Source: Antedon mediterranea
Taxonomy: Eukaryota; Animalia; Echinodermata
Assembly (NCBI RefSeq): GCF_964355755.1
Contig: NC_092674.1
Coordinates: forward strand, 9,858,001-9,922,000
Length of the DNA stretch: 64,000 bases
Reading direction: 5' to 3'
Every line of letters starts with the position of its first letter. The first letter of the stretch is position 1. Positions 46,800 through 61,139 of this stretch are shown piece by piece. The notes beneath the pieces were generated by a model. It ran no database searches and was not told the DNA's origin. It saw only the letters and a program-made list of their open reading frames with translations. Both the position numbers and the translations under genes were made by a program.

Positions 46800-48175
46800 G
46801 GCTACGTTTCATCAGTGGCGTCACGAATGTAAACTAACGTATTGACTGACGATTACGCGCGCAAAATTAATCTTTAAAATGCGCGCGAAGTTTGTACACA
46901 TGGCACACGTGTAAGTTTATTCAACAAGGCAATCGAAAAACGTTGTTTATTGTAAAACATCTAATATTTTTAATCTGAAGTGTGATTTTGATGAATGCAA
47001 TATCATTTTGACATCAATATTGCCATAAACAATGCAAAAGAGGTTTCTATAGGCCCGAAGCAGGGAGATGTGGGCCTACTAAGTAAGTTTCACGCTTGAA
47101 ATGTGTTACAGTAGGTAATAATATAATAAAACCTAAACGCGCACGTAAAATGAACTCCGTATCAATTATTAGTTTTTCGCGCGTTTTATGCGTTTTATAC
47201 AAGAACTCGATAACGGCAGGAGCAGAAGAATGTAGGGATGAAACAATCGTTTGTAAATAATGCAAATAATGAATTTTCAAAAATACTTTTATGGAAAATG
47301 GGCCATGGAAAATGATTAATGAACTTTTATTTAGTTCACACGACTAGGCATATAGCTTATATATTCAGCCCATAAAACAAATACTGGGCTGGTAGTAAAT
47401 GAACTAGGTGACGCTATTTTATACAACATTTTTATCTGAAATTTGTGCTTGCATTGCCTATTTAATCGTATATATGTCCTATATACGATTAAATAAATGT
47501 TATTTTGTTCGGTTTTATTTTCTACTCGTCGTCGTTACACCGTGATCACAGCACTATTATGTTGCAACAGTTGAGTTTCGCTCGCTCACCGAGCGGACAT
47601 CATCGCTGTTGTTGATAAGTGGTAGGAATATCATTCTTTTCTGTTGCTGGTACAACTAATTCATATACTTTTTTTATATACTATTGGGTTATTGAGAAAC
47701 TATTCGAAATTACATTAATACGTAGGTAGGTCAATTATGAGGAATTTCCGTCCGGTATTAACAATCATTGAGACCCCGGAAGCTAGCCGTGTGATCTTGG
47801 CCGTTTTTAGTGCTCCTCTCACCAAATCAACCGTGTGAACACCAATCGTGGTGAGTGACTTGAGGACCAAAATCAGGGCTCTTCACAAACAAGAAGGAAG
47901 GAAGGGCAGACGATTTGAAAAATCTGGTCATCGTCTTTGCACTTTGTCAAAATATAGGATATTGATAATACTCGGTTATTAGTTCATTTGCTGGTTAATG
48001 GAATGATACACCAACTGGTGGTAAAATAAAGCCAATTATTAGGTATTACTTCCTGAATTTCTTCCTGCTGAAGTAGGAGACAGGCCGAGCTAGAGGCGAG
48101 TGAATGTGAGTGAGCGTGGTGTGTGGTGGGCTGGTCCTTCGTAGGCCTAGCCTTTGTTTACAGGCCTTCGCCAAC
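46800..48175 (+). promoter_or_regulatory. CpG-enriched promoter / 5' UTR region of SH3RF
   Basis: Sharp rise in CpG (cgcgcg runs at 46856, 46881 and 47138, cgtcgtcg, cgctcgc) directly upstream of the start codon. Confidence 0.55.
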
Positions 48176-48508
48176 ATGGACGAGCAGGCACTGTTTCGCC
48201 TGCTAGAGTGCTCTGTTTGCCTGGAACGGCTTGATGCGACCAGTAAAGTTCTGCCATGTCAACATACTTTTTGCAGACGATGTTTGGAAGGAATTGTTAA
48301 TTTACAAAATGAATTACGCTGCCCGGAATGTAGGGATGTTGTACATTGTAGTGTATCGGAATTGCCAACAAATATTTTGTTAGTTCGACTTTTGGATGGA
48401 ATAGTTTCAAGTAATTCAAATCAAAATACAGATAGAACTTTTGGGAGATTATCGCCTAAAACCACCGCCACCACCAGTGAATCAACTTCTCGGAATAGAT
48501 CATCAAAG
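48176..48508 (+). CDS. SH3RF1: E3 ubiquitin ligase SH3RF/POSH, first coding exon (C3HC4 RING); remaining exons beyond window
   Basis: gccaacATGg Kozak; [53 protein letters not shown]...[14 protein letters not shown] is the SH3RF1/3 N-terminus; donor AAG|gtagga, phase 0. Confidence 0.95.
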
Positions 48509-49512
48509 GTAGGATAAAAAAAAAAATTACAGTATCTGTTTTGTTATTTATTATTAATTAAAATTATTATTTCAGGACCACAGACGATTGGGCCCAAGAA
48601 TGATTATACCCATAAATAAATAATTTAAGCCTAACTGCTAAATATATGTCAAACTACTTGTCCTAAAAATCAACTAACCCCTAAACTTAACCCTCTTTTA
48701 ATAATAATACTCTCTTTTGCTCATTAAAAAAATCGGTCGTAAAATTAAGCCTTAAAAACTGAGCCCCATCTTCCTTTTTCCGTGGTCCAGAGATAGACTG
48801 CCCTAGCCTATATTTTAATATTGAAATATTTAATCTAGTGATAATTCTACTAGTAGGCCCCTCTCCTATTGTGTAGTGTACATGTTAAAAATTCGAATTT
48901 AATTAATTTATATAATGTTATAATGTAGCATATTAATTTATTTTCATATTTCTTTGACTTTTCTATACTATAAATTAAATATTATTACATACATCCAATA
49001 TTCTCAAATTAGTTGAAAGATAAGCCTGGGGTCACTTTTTGTAACCGTCACATTATGCAAACGATTTTGCAAAGATTTCGCTTCACTCCTTTGAAGTATT
49101 GATTATATGTCAGTCTACGAGATTTTCGTTAAGCAAGATATTGCAAACGAATCGTTACAATGAATAATATAGTCATCTGGTTGACCTGTAATGACCCTAC
49201 AGTTTATCAAAATCCGAGGTATACTTCTTGTTTATCAATATGTATCCTGTATGTTAATTGACACCTCGTTGATACGTGTCACATCTTCAAACTTAGATTA
49301 TTGTCACATAATTGTAGGTTAGTGTTGGATGTAATCAGCGAGCAAACAAGTAAATTTGGATTTTATTTGATATTGATTTTTGTATGAACTTGTTAGGTTT
49401 GCATGAAATTATAGATACAGAAAATCTAGCTGAAAATAGCTGCAAGCAAAATGAAATTGTTGACTGTTGAATACTTTCTTTACTACAATTGAGTAGGTGA
49501 AATAAGTTAATA

Positions 49513-49770
49513 CCATATAATCTGATGATATAATCCCGAAATTGGGCTAACTGTGGGAGGTGGGACTATACCAGGGAAACCCTGGTTAAAAGAGCAAAAT
49601 GATTGATATGGTAAGCATTTGTTATTATACCTGTACATTACTGTACCATCCAGATCAAAAGGCAATACTGAGAATATACCCAGGGATACAGTATGACTGT
49701 TTATAAAATCAGACATAAAGTACAGTAGGGTGGGATTAGACCCGAAGTTGGATTATATCAGAGGATATGG
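49513..49770. mobile_element. TA-flanked MITE (Tc1/mariner-like)
   Basis: TA|ccatataatctga..tataatcc pairs with ggattatatcagaggatatgg|TA. Confidence 0.6.
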
Positions 49771-52677
49771 TAATTGTTTTATTTAAAATTTAATACATGA
49801 TTGCCTACTCTCTATTTTCTGCAAGCCTATTGTACTACAGTATACCTGGATAAACCAACATATTGTGCAGTAGTCCTAAATCATGTCTGTTATTCTACAG
49901 TACTGTGTGCTAGACACTTGCTTCTAATGTTTCTCTATACCATTCTCAGTACATTAAAACAAATAAGTACATTTTTATTTGAAAAGTGTTATCTTGAAAT
50001 CTACAGGTAATGCATGCAGCATTCTATACTGGATCAGAAATAATTTTCATTTTTGTTATTATGATACTATAGTACAATTCATAAATAATCTGATGTTGAT
50101 CTGATGTAATCAATGTATTTTCATTCATTTCGATAGCCATTTTTTTATTATTAACTCTACAAATGACACAGGTCAAATACCAGTGAACTTTGGCTGCAGT
50201 CTGCTGCCATGGGAGGTGTATGATGAGTATTATTTGGCCTGCAGGAGGGCCTTTAGTAGTCAAGTAGGCAAGGACACGTTAACAGAGTTTCCTATCAAAT
50301 CTCTGATGCTGCTACTACAAGAAATGTTGTTAAGGTCACTTTAATAACATACAAGATTGTGACTAGCTTTAAACAATTGTCATGATTAACTTGATATTAA
50401 TATTGACACGTCCACATCTTTATGGTTTAATATTAATATTTAAAGATTATTGTCATTTCATGTCAAACGCATTATAATCGTCACTTGTTGTGTTAAACAA
50501 AGGTTCTGCAGTATGTCTTTATGAATTAACATTAACAACAATACAATTGGTTTTATAATACGCAGGACTGTTTTTAGAACCAATAAAAACTCTGCAATCA
50601 AATTTTACAGAGGGTTATTGTACTTTATAGCTATACAATCTTTTCAACATTAAAATGAATGTATCCACTAATTATTACAGTACTGTACTTATACTAGCAG
50701 CATTGTACATTATACTAACTGTACTGTATGGCATTTTTATCAACGTTTTAACAATGTCACAAGTCTGAGCTCAAGTGTAGCTTTCATTACTGACCCTACA
50801 GTACCTTTGTTATTGTGATGAAACTAAAACTGTCAAATAATTTCTGTTAAGCCGTATGTTTGTCACAATTTCAAGCGCAGTATTAAGCCTAGATTAAACG
50901 TTTGTCCTCATAATAAATGAATAGTGGCAAAAACAGACTGGATAAACATAGCTCAACCAAATTAGCTAGAGATGAGGTTATAGGTCATTGGATATCTAGG
51001 TGGGTTTACCCATCAGAAGCATTCAGCATAATTAAAGCTGCAGGATAGATATAGGTCAAAGCTTCTATCTATAACCAACCTTAAAATGGTCAATGTATTA
51101 GTATACAGTACTATTAATTATGTTCAGTATGTCATATCCTAGTTAAAGGATGTGTCCAGAAATTCCAACATTAAAGCAGTGTATACCAGTTATAAAAATG
51201 TCAGAACTGCTAGTGCTAGACCACCTTTGCAATGGTCACACCATTAATATGACTTAATAATATAATATAAATACACAGATTGAATCAATACATGGTTACT
51301 GTAGAAGAAGGCCAATATGGATGCAACCATAAACTTTACTCTTTATCTTTTTGGTGACGTACTGTAGACTGCCGTACAATTTTATTGCTGGCCTTCTTTA
51401 CTTGGTAAAAACAAGAGTAACTATCCCCTATTTATTAATGATGTTCCAGTTCTTTTCATCAGATGATAGTCTATGCCCGAAACATTATTAAACATTAATA
51501 CATTTATATTGAGGCAGTTTTAACTGCCTACAGTATGCAGCTCTTTGATTTTTAAATATAACTATCAAAACGATAGTCTTCGCAAAGCTGCGTGTTAAAG
51601 ATACAGTATTCACATTAAAAATGTAAAATAGGTGATAAATGGAAGCGCTGCTAATGCTATCCCAAGTGCATTGTACAATAGCTGACCTTTTCTCTATCAC
51701 GTAGTATCATATTAGTCGTTTCTAGGCTATACATTACATTTCAAATGTTGTTACCATTAAAAGCGCAAAATAGGTAAATAGGTTCCAGCACATTTATAGG
51801 GTCAGAGGTGACAGCCCTCAAGTGAGCAGAGTCGGCCTTGCTTTACAACTGTATTCATTCTCTAGTTTCCTACTGTCTCAGATCATAAGTACTGTACATC
51901 ATTGGAAAATATTTCTCCAAAAAATATGTGTACCTTCTACCATACACATTTGTGTTTACTTTTATCATAGCGCAATCTACTGTGTACGCCTGTTAGTTAT
52001 GGAAAATATTCCCATTAAATTTAGAAAATGGGTAAATTGGTTAGTTAATAGCAGCAGTACAACTCTACATTTTGTTTCTAGACTAGCTAATTTGGAGAAG
52101 AAATCAATGATAAACACTTCATTAAACATTGACTGAGCTTTAATAGTCTATAGCCATGAGGCATGTGAAAAACTAATTAATGGTCAGAGATCAGCTTGAC
52201 TGTTTTCAACATGGAAACCAGTGGAAAATAACTAATAACTGAATACCATATTGTTGATGAAAATTTAGACTTTAAAACCTATCAACTTGAAATTGATAAG
52301 GTTGAGTTCCAACCGGGGGACAAAAAAATGTATTACTGTACAGTAGGTACTGCACTGCATGTATAGTGTGTATTATAGTATGTTATTATCTAAAAATAAG
52401 AGTGCTTGGTACTAGGTAGTGGCACATGAAGTTTTCTGACGGAGGAGCTGTCTAAACAGGAGGGAAGAGTGGGGTGTGGGTACAAGATAATGTGGAGCAT
52501 TCATTGATAGGGGAAGGGGGCCTACAGTGTACCTTGGCATCCTCCTTCCCTCCTCTTCCTTATGGTTCCATCGCTGTGTATAAAACTGTAAATATACTGT
52601 GATCTTCACCATGATATGATAATTGTTTCCAGTTCGTTCGTTGATAGTTAAGATAATGTTTAGCGCCGGTTTAGCGT

Positions 52678-52960
52678 GAGGGCGTGTGGCGCAGGGTGTT
52701 GGACGTTGGACTACTGATCGTGAGACCGAGGTTCAAATCCAACTGGCCGTATTGCTTGTATCCTTAGGCAAGATATTTTACTTACGTTTGCCTCTCTCCA
52801 CCAAGGTGTATAAATGGTTAGATCAGAACACAACTTTACGCTGATTACTAGCTGCATTATGGAAGTATGTTTCCATACGTGTTTGATCCAAAAAATGACT
52901 GGGGTAATAATGTTCAGCGCGTAGAGGTTTCACAACAACAAGATATTATTATTATTTATT
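52678..52960 (+). mobile_element. tRNA-derived SINE of a second family (CORE/Meta-like centre)
   Basis: A box-like TGGCGCAGGG, B box GGTTCAAATCC, core tgtatccttaggcaagata...gcctctctccaccaaggtgtataaatgg and (TTA)n tail. Confidence 0.8.
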
Positions 52961-53526
52961 TGGATTTTTAAAGTGTGGTCACACATGCATATTTTTTATA
53001 TGGTACACTTTGTTAGCATAATATGTTAAAAATAATGACTGTTTATTTACGAGAAATTTATGCAGGATTGCCACATCAGGGAATCTATGAGTAATTATGA
53101 CTCTCGTTAATGATACAATATATTATAATTGGACACATGCTATTACTTTAACAGCACTATTGCAGGTTAACTGTAACTCTTACTTACTTTACAATATTGT
53201 ATGTTAAATATCCCAGGTGTACATCCATAAAATACAGACTTATTCTTAAACCAAATTGTATCAATATTCCAAGATGGCCAGAACTTTTAGGCCCAAACTT
53301 TTTTAAGGCCCACTACTGTATGGGCTACAACATACTGTACCTCAATGCATAATGATGGAGGATGCCATACAACATTTGAGGGCGTGATTGGTGGATTAGT
53401 CAATTATTATAGAGGGATGTACAGTAACATTCAAGTAAGTCATAGTTGTAGTCCCTCAGAAGAGCACAGGCTACTGTATGGTTGCTGTATTTACTGTGTG
53501 TAAGTGACACTCATATACGACTACTA

Positions 53527-53719
53527 CAGTCAACTTTCCCAATACCGGACACCCTTGGGCTGGTCTAACATGTCTGGTTTTCTGTAAAGTCTGGTATTAT
53601 TGTTGGAATGTGTTTTTAATATTAAAAAAAGAATTTGGGCCCTTTTGGACCTTCAAGAAAAGTTTGGTTTTAGGAGAGTTTCTGGTTTTGGGAGAGTCCG
53701 ATATTGGGATAGTAGACTG
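53527..53719. mobile_element. TA-flanked Tigger/pogo-like MITE; similar decayed relics at about 13010-13200, 32930-33180 and 60135-60430
   Basis: TA|cagtcaactttcccaataccggac pairs with gtccgatattgggatagtagactg|TA. Confidence 0.75.
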
Positions 53720-55253
53720 TATATATTTATTGTACTCAATATGTGATTGATGAATCTAAATCTCAAGGCTTTATAAAGCACACGTACGATTTTATCTTTT
53801 AATAAAATGAGCTTCATTACTCAAAGTGTTCTATCGCTGCGGATAAAGACAAGACAACGTGTCCTTGAGGTGGCCGTTTGATAAACTTGTCAAAGCGTTC
53901 ATTTTCACATTGAATTCCTAAACACACCTGCCTCACAATATTAATATCAATATCAGCATAGGTGATTGCTCAGCTCTGATGAACATAGGTGGTGTTAAGA
54001 GAAAATAATGACCACTCTGTGATATTGATTTGTTGAATAATATGTCTAGCTGGACAAAATTCATTATTTTGTGTGATACACTGTAACACTCACTATATTC
54101 TATTTTTCAATTAAAAGTATCAAATTATTGTCTATTTTTGTATTACATTTCGCTATAGTTACACCTTTGGAACCTACAGTTAACATGTTCCATTATTATA
54201 GTAGTATGCCTGGCCAGAATAAGAGTTGGCCTTTAGTTGTAAAATATATTGCCGGACTATATTTTCATAGGAAAGTGTTGTCATTAATTAGGGGTGCATC
54301 CTCAGAATAATAGTATAATAATAATAAAATCTTTATTTTTGCAACGGAAAAAAAAAATTATTCAAGGGTGTTCTTCCACGAGGACGTATAGAATTGTAAA
54401 AACAAATTGTTGTAGGCCTATAATAAAAATTAAATAAGAATAAGGGTGTCGGAGTAGATGTCTATCGCAGGATATAACTCTGATTATCAGCTTTAAGCAT
54501 GTTTAAAACAGACTTACAGTACAGTAGCTTGTGTATGTTTAGGTAGATATTTGTTTATGAAATTCACACAAATCCAAGACAATGATATGTTTTGATACGT
54601 TTAAAAGGAAGTCCAATATTGACATTGTATAAGTGTCTTAAATAAATAATACAAACAGTTGAATGAAGTACTAAATATTTTGACTGTCTGAAAAGTGCAT
54701 GTCACATACAGGGAGTCTAGCTCGGATTCTGTCTGCTCGAAAGGAAATCCATTAAAACAGTTTGAAATTTGTTAAAATCTTGAGGTGGTATTCATTGTAA
54801 TTGAATCAAGAGATTGTCTCAGATTTCTATCTTTGGCGAAATTAGGAATAGTTCTACGCCAACAAATCCATCAGGATCTTAACGAATGTGACGTAATTCG
54901 AATTACGGTTAGATACACTTTTGTCGCGTTTCTCATTTTATTTAGTACTCTCTGAATTATAATTAATTGTAACGCTTACTTTTGTTTTAGAATAGGAATC
55001 GGTCATTGCACTGTCATGCTCACTACGCTATGGTAATAATAACAGAATCAGTTAAAATTTAGATTCTATCTCCTGATTTTTTGCAAAAAAATTACAGAAT
55101 TATTTCCCTGCTGAGAAAAGTGTTGAGATAGGATATTATCACACTGTTATTTGCAGTAGAAGTCCTTTTCAGGTGTAGAATTTAGATATTAAACTACTAT
55201 TACTAGATTCTTTTAAACTCCCAATATAATCACAGCTCAAAAATAGACAGTCG

Positions 55254-56015
55254 CCATGTGAATTTGTGATAATGGACCATGTGAATTTGTGATAATGGAC
55301 CATGTGAATTTGTGATGAAGGACCATGTGAATTTGTGATAATGGACCATGTGAATTTGTGATAATGGACCATGTGAATTTGTGATGAAGGACCATGTGAA
55401 TTTATAATAATGGACCATGTGAATTTGTGATGAAGGACCATGTGAATTTGTGATGAAGGACCATGTGAATTTGTGATGAAGGACCATGTGAATTTGTGAT
55501 GAAGGACCATGTGAATTTGTGATGAAGGACCATGTGAATTTGTGATGAAGGACCATGTGAATTTGTGATGAAGGACCATGTGAATTTGTGATGAAGGACC
55601 ATGTGAATTTGTGATGAAGGACCATGTGAATTTGTGATAATGGACCATGTGAATTTGTGATGAAGGACCATGTGAATTTGTGATGAAGGACCATGTGAAT
55701 TTGTGATAAAGGACCATGTGAATTTGTAATGAAGGACCATGTGAATTTGTAATGAAGGACCATGTGAATTTATAATAATGGACCATGTGAATTTGTGATG
55801 AAGGACCATGTGAATTTGTGATGAAGGACCATGTGAATTTGTGATGAAGGACCATGTGAATTTGTGATGAAGGACCATGTGAATTTGTGATGAAGGACCA
55901 TGTGAATTTATAATAATGGACCATGTGAATTTGTGATGAAGGACCATGTGAATTTATAATAATGGACCATGTGAATTTGGGATGAAGGACCATGTGAATT
56001 TGTGATGAAGGACCA
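55254..56015. repeat. 23-bp minisatellite, about 33 copies
   Basis: Unit ggaccatgtgaatttgtgatgaa, with variants ending gataat and ataataat. Confidence 0.97.
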
Positions 56016-57509
56016 CTACCATCGAATATGTCGGCATTCAATATAAGCCAATCAGATAAGACATAAGAAAACTTTACTATCTCCAACAATACGGAAAAAT
56101 TACAAAAAAACAAATATGCCCAATAAGGAACAGAGATACGCCATTTTGAAGTCATGCCCCCACTCGGTCACTAATAGCACTACGTCTGACTAGCAGCATG
56201 TTGGGCGTATCATTGATACTGTATGAGCCTACTGTACATCATAGATTTTAACGCATTCTATCCAAAATGATTTTTGTATTATCGGTATGTGACAATTAAG
56301 ACATTTAATAACTAAGAAATTTTTTATTTTTTTATAATTTTATAAACTGTTTGTAACTGTGTGTTTTGATATATTTCTCAACGTTTTTATATCATTTTTA
56401 TTCTTTACAGTTTATGCTTATTTTTTAGCAGATGGCCATTTTGGATACTGCTTCTGTACTCATTGCCTTGTTTTGCTTTCTCTATTATGTAGGAATCTAT
56501 TTTTTTTTAATGAAAAATATTTAAAAATGACATTGCTATGTTGAGAACTATGATATGACTGTGTACAGTATTTAGTGTTTTTACAGAAAATGTCCATAAA
56601 ATTAATTAAAACCAACTATAAGAATATGAAAATATTATTATTTATTGATTTTTAATTAATAATTCAATGTCAAAAGGTCAAAATGTTTTTAAAATTTTAA
56701 GGATAAATTATTGATAAACACAAAATATTAGCGATGTTAATTTATTCAAGTTGACAATGAAGTAAAGTGACTCATAAATGTGAGAATAAATAACTAAAAT
56801 TAGATATGGTCAGACTGCAGTCAAAACCCATGAGACGTTTCAAATTAGAATTGGGATTTCTTTAATTTTTCACACTTCATCACCCCTCTTTCAGAAAATG
56901 GATCGAACCAGAAATACATATTTCTCTGGTATGGTATTCAAATGCGTTTTTTCAATCAATTTGGCTCGTTCCCACATTTTTGTTATTATTTTCATTTGTG
57001 GTTGTTGTGAACTCATAACACTAGGTGAATATACTGTAGAAATTCCTACAGTATGAACTTTTCACTGATTGTAATTTACTTGTTAAATAAACATTTTCTT
57101 AAACTTGAAAGTAAATTGATTTTTTATGGTGAAAATATTTTGCGCATGATTGTAGTCATTGGTGAATTGTTTTTACCTTCATTTTTGTTAGTTTAAATGA
57201 AAATTTTATTTCACTTTCTTTATTGACCATTAGAATAAACAAGTTGTTATGGCATTCCACTAATTAAAACCGTTATAATTTTAACCACAAACAAATAAAA
57301 GCTCTGTCTAAACATACTATACAGTTAATTATAAGTAAGTACTGTACACTGAACTGTAAAGGACTTAAGTATTGTCATTATTAATAATAAAAATATGTAG
57401 ATAAATTTAGATGCAGTCATACAGTAATTACAATTAATAATAATATAAATTGATATAAAATAATTCTAATGTATTTAATAACATAATTCATAATACTCAT
57501 ACATACTAT

Positions 57510-59540
57510 TAGGTATCCCAATGAAAAAATTCAGATTAATTGTTTTACTTTTTCTTTCAGTTAACTATAAAGGACTTAATGTAATTAGCATTTTGCAATT
57601 TAAATGATTGAAATCCGATTACCCGTTCTAAAGTTATGGTTATTTAAAGTGGTATTGGTAAAAAATATACGATTTTTTGCTTAAAAATGGTGTTTTTTGC
57701 AGTTAAAATTGGAAGCATTTTTAAAAGTTTATAACTTTTACAATAATGAGTTAAAAGTTTTAAATTTTGTTAAACCTATAGATATCACAGAGTTGTACAA
57801 CTCTATTTTTTTTGGAGCCTCAACGAAACCTATTTTTAAAATTATTGGTCCGCAAAGTTGGTCGGAAAGCATTTTGCGCCCATTTTTGTTGAATTTCCCA
57901 AAAAAATGAAAAAAATGCAATTTTTTCAATGATCTGTAACTTTTGAACTACTTTACTAATTCATTTAATTTTTGTTTTACTTGTTAGAATGTAGTGTATA
58001 TTTCATTAATAAATATATCAGAGATATGTGTAATATGAAACAATAATATTTTTTTAACGATGAAATTTAAAATTATCCCCCAAAAAATGAAAAATTATGT
58101 TAAAAACTGTGTATAATGTTTCCCTTCTTTCACACTAATTTTTGGTAAGTATGATTATTATATTATTTTAATGTACTTTATATTCATAATTTCAATCATA
58201 AATACTATTTCATATAACTTTTGAATACGGAAAACAAGATTTTAGGCCCGTATGATTATGACACCAAATCTAAGCCGGGCTAAGATATGCTCTTTTATTT
58301 AGGCAAACACACAATGAGTCAAAATAAACTCATTTGAAATAATCAATGTTAATTAAAACAATTAATTGTTTACCTGAATAGTATATATAACATTATAAAA
58401 ATGGTTTTCTTTTCGTATTTCTAACCGTAAGTATGTTATTAAATTGAAATACGGAGCTAAAGTTTAGGCCAAGTAACGGCTTACTCGCGATCAGCAGTAG
58501 CTCCCGTCAAAGTATTTCGGTCGCAGTTAATGACTTTCAACCGCCGTATACAGAGTCAAATGTAACGTTGGTAAATTAGCTTAATAAATGTCTTCGGTAC
58601 ATTTAAACCTAACGCATTTGCATTGTATACTTGCATAATAAATCTTCCGCACATTACACCAATTTAAAGTTGTTAAATTAATGTCTAAAATCAGATATTC
58701 TACGATGGAAAAGGACATGTCAAGCTCCGACATCGCTGCTGTCACACATCTCGCGTCGAGCCGGCCGAACTCGAGCGAGGAAAACTAAAACAACGTGTTG
58801 AAAATATGGAACGTACCATTCGCTGATAGGGTGCATTAATGTATTTAACGGAAAACACCACAACAAACGCGCACGTATTTTACAGTACAATATTTTACTC
58901 ACTACAATATTCACCGGATTATAATGGTTGAATCTTTAAAATTCCGAACGGGATTTACGCCTCATGCACCAGTTTAAAAATGTAGATCGCTTGACGACCA
59001 TAGAAAATACATTAATAAATGATGTTTTATCGAATAAAATAATGATTTCGCTTCAATTTATTACCGAATTCGATTTGTTTTGATCATGCGCAATGGGTCA
59101 AAATACAACTTTTCTCACGAAAATTGATATTTTAGACTGATAAACCTGTCCGTACCAGCCTTTTTACGTATCAAATTAAAGCTTATTCAAAATCTGATAA
59201 CATACAAAAGAAATCACTCCGCTAGCTATGACGGCCATCAAGCGATCGTGTTTTGAAAACAGGCTAGGGGTTTTCCGAAAATTTTTTATCGCGCGAAAAT
59301 TCGCCGGTTTGCGTTTTAGACTAATTTTGAAATGATGTTTTCGCTGGAAATACTTGATCAATTTTAATAAATAACACATGTAAGTGAACAATAAAACACC
59401 CTCTTTCAATATATTTAATTTGTATTAAAATACAATCAAAATTAGTGTAGTAATTTTAACATCAAAGTCATATCACTTTATAGAATTTCGTCACTTTTTC
59501 AAAACTGTCACCACGCATCGCGCGTTCATTGGGATACCTA
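57510..59540. mobile_element. About 2.0-kb non-autonomous DNA transposon
   Basis: 16-bp perfect TIR TAGGTATCCCAATGAA, flanked by the direct repeat ATACTAT (57503-57509, 59541-59547). The left half is AT-rich, the right half is CpG-rich, and there is no transposase ORF. Confidence 0.8.
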
Positions 59541-61139
59541 ATACTATACATTTTCTACTATTCTAATTGTTAATTACAAAAGAATTTATGAACATTAATT
59601 AGTGTATTTTGTGTTATATTTATACAAAATACCTGGATAAAACAAAAATAGCTATATATGGAGAGAATGAAAGATTAAACCATTGTCTATTTCATGCCTA
59701 ACTTACCCAGGAATAAACAGACATTTGCATACTCTCAAGAGATAAACCCCCCCCCCCCCCCCCCTTTTTTTTTCTCCCCAACAAACATACCACAATTACC
59801 ATTCATGAATTATTAGTAATGATATTAGTATAATATTAATTATTAAATTGTGTCGGTGTCTTTGTCTTATCGACTTTTCAACATATTGATTTTCTTTAGA
59901 AAATTAGTACTACTTGATTGCGTGATGTTTTGTTCTAAATTACAATTAATATAATAAGGAATTATTTTCATTTTACTGAATAAATATATCTTTATAATTA
60001 TTCAAATAGCTCTTTGAATGTGTTATCATATCCCAATAGCATTCTGTTACAGTAAATATTAAATTAGGACACAATGTACCAAAGGAATAAATAATAATAA
60101 AATAATACTTAAAATTAATACTAATAGAATTGTATACTGTAGTGTTCAGTGATGTCCAAACAAAACTCTGTAAAGGAGACACCTTCAAGACCCAACAAGG
60201 TTTCCCCTTGATAGGGGTATACCCTAAATAGGGATTTGCCTTGGTGGTAAACTATATGTTTCCATTTGTTCATTTCAAAGGTAAATATCCCAATAATAGG
60301 GTGTCTCCTGAATAGGTACAGTATGTCCCTAAATAGGTTTGTCCCTAAATAGGTGTGTCCCCTGAATAGGTGTGTCCCCTGAATAGACGTTTTCCCTGAA
60401 TAGATGTGTCCCCTGAATAGATGTGTTCCAGAGGCTTCTGCTGCTGTTATCGTTTTCTAATGTAAAATTACAGAATACTGTAGTAGGCTGATTAATATTA
60501 TGTATATGATCCATATCAGCCTGTGTTTTCAACTTTGACCTTATTTTGATATTTGAGAACTTAAGGTCGCAACTATACAGCTCCAGGGGCAGTCTCAGCA
60601 AAGTAGGATTTTGGACATTTGGACCCTTTCTACAAATAAGCCATTGATTTACATTAATATTACTGTCTCACAGGTCTGTGTGAAAATGGTTGATGCTGCA
60701 GACTCGTCAATCTAGATTGGTCACCTGGTATTATGAGTTTAAGCCCAAGATTGCTGTAGGCGTTGATGTATAAAATCATGTTGTGCAAAGAGAGCTGCAT
60801 TAAATTCAGGACTTGGTAATTGCTACAGAACTAGGACTACATATTATTGTTAATTTGATTCAATCTTTTCAAGGCTCATCTAATATTCCGTAATGTATAT
60901 TGCAAATGTTAGATGATAAATTTGTATTAACCAAGTACAATTTATGCCGATAACCAATAAGATGAGAGCACGGTACGGTTTTTGGCACACTGTATATTTT
61001 AAGAACAGACTATTAATATTTGATAAAAATAATTTTCATTTGTTCATTGAAGGTTACTGTACACACATAGTCATTACTGTATTATAATATATTGTACTGT
61101 ATGAAATAAAAATTGTTGTTGAAGCTGTACATTTTAATA

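Noticed and set aside
55169-56155. 328-aa His-rich ORF as a real gene
   Set aside because: It arises from a stop-free 23-bp repeat read in all three minus frames and has no domain or splice support.
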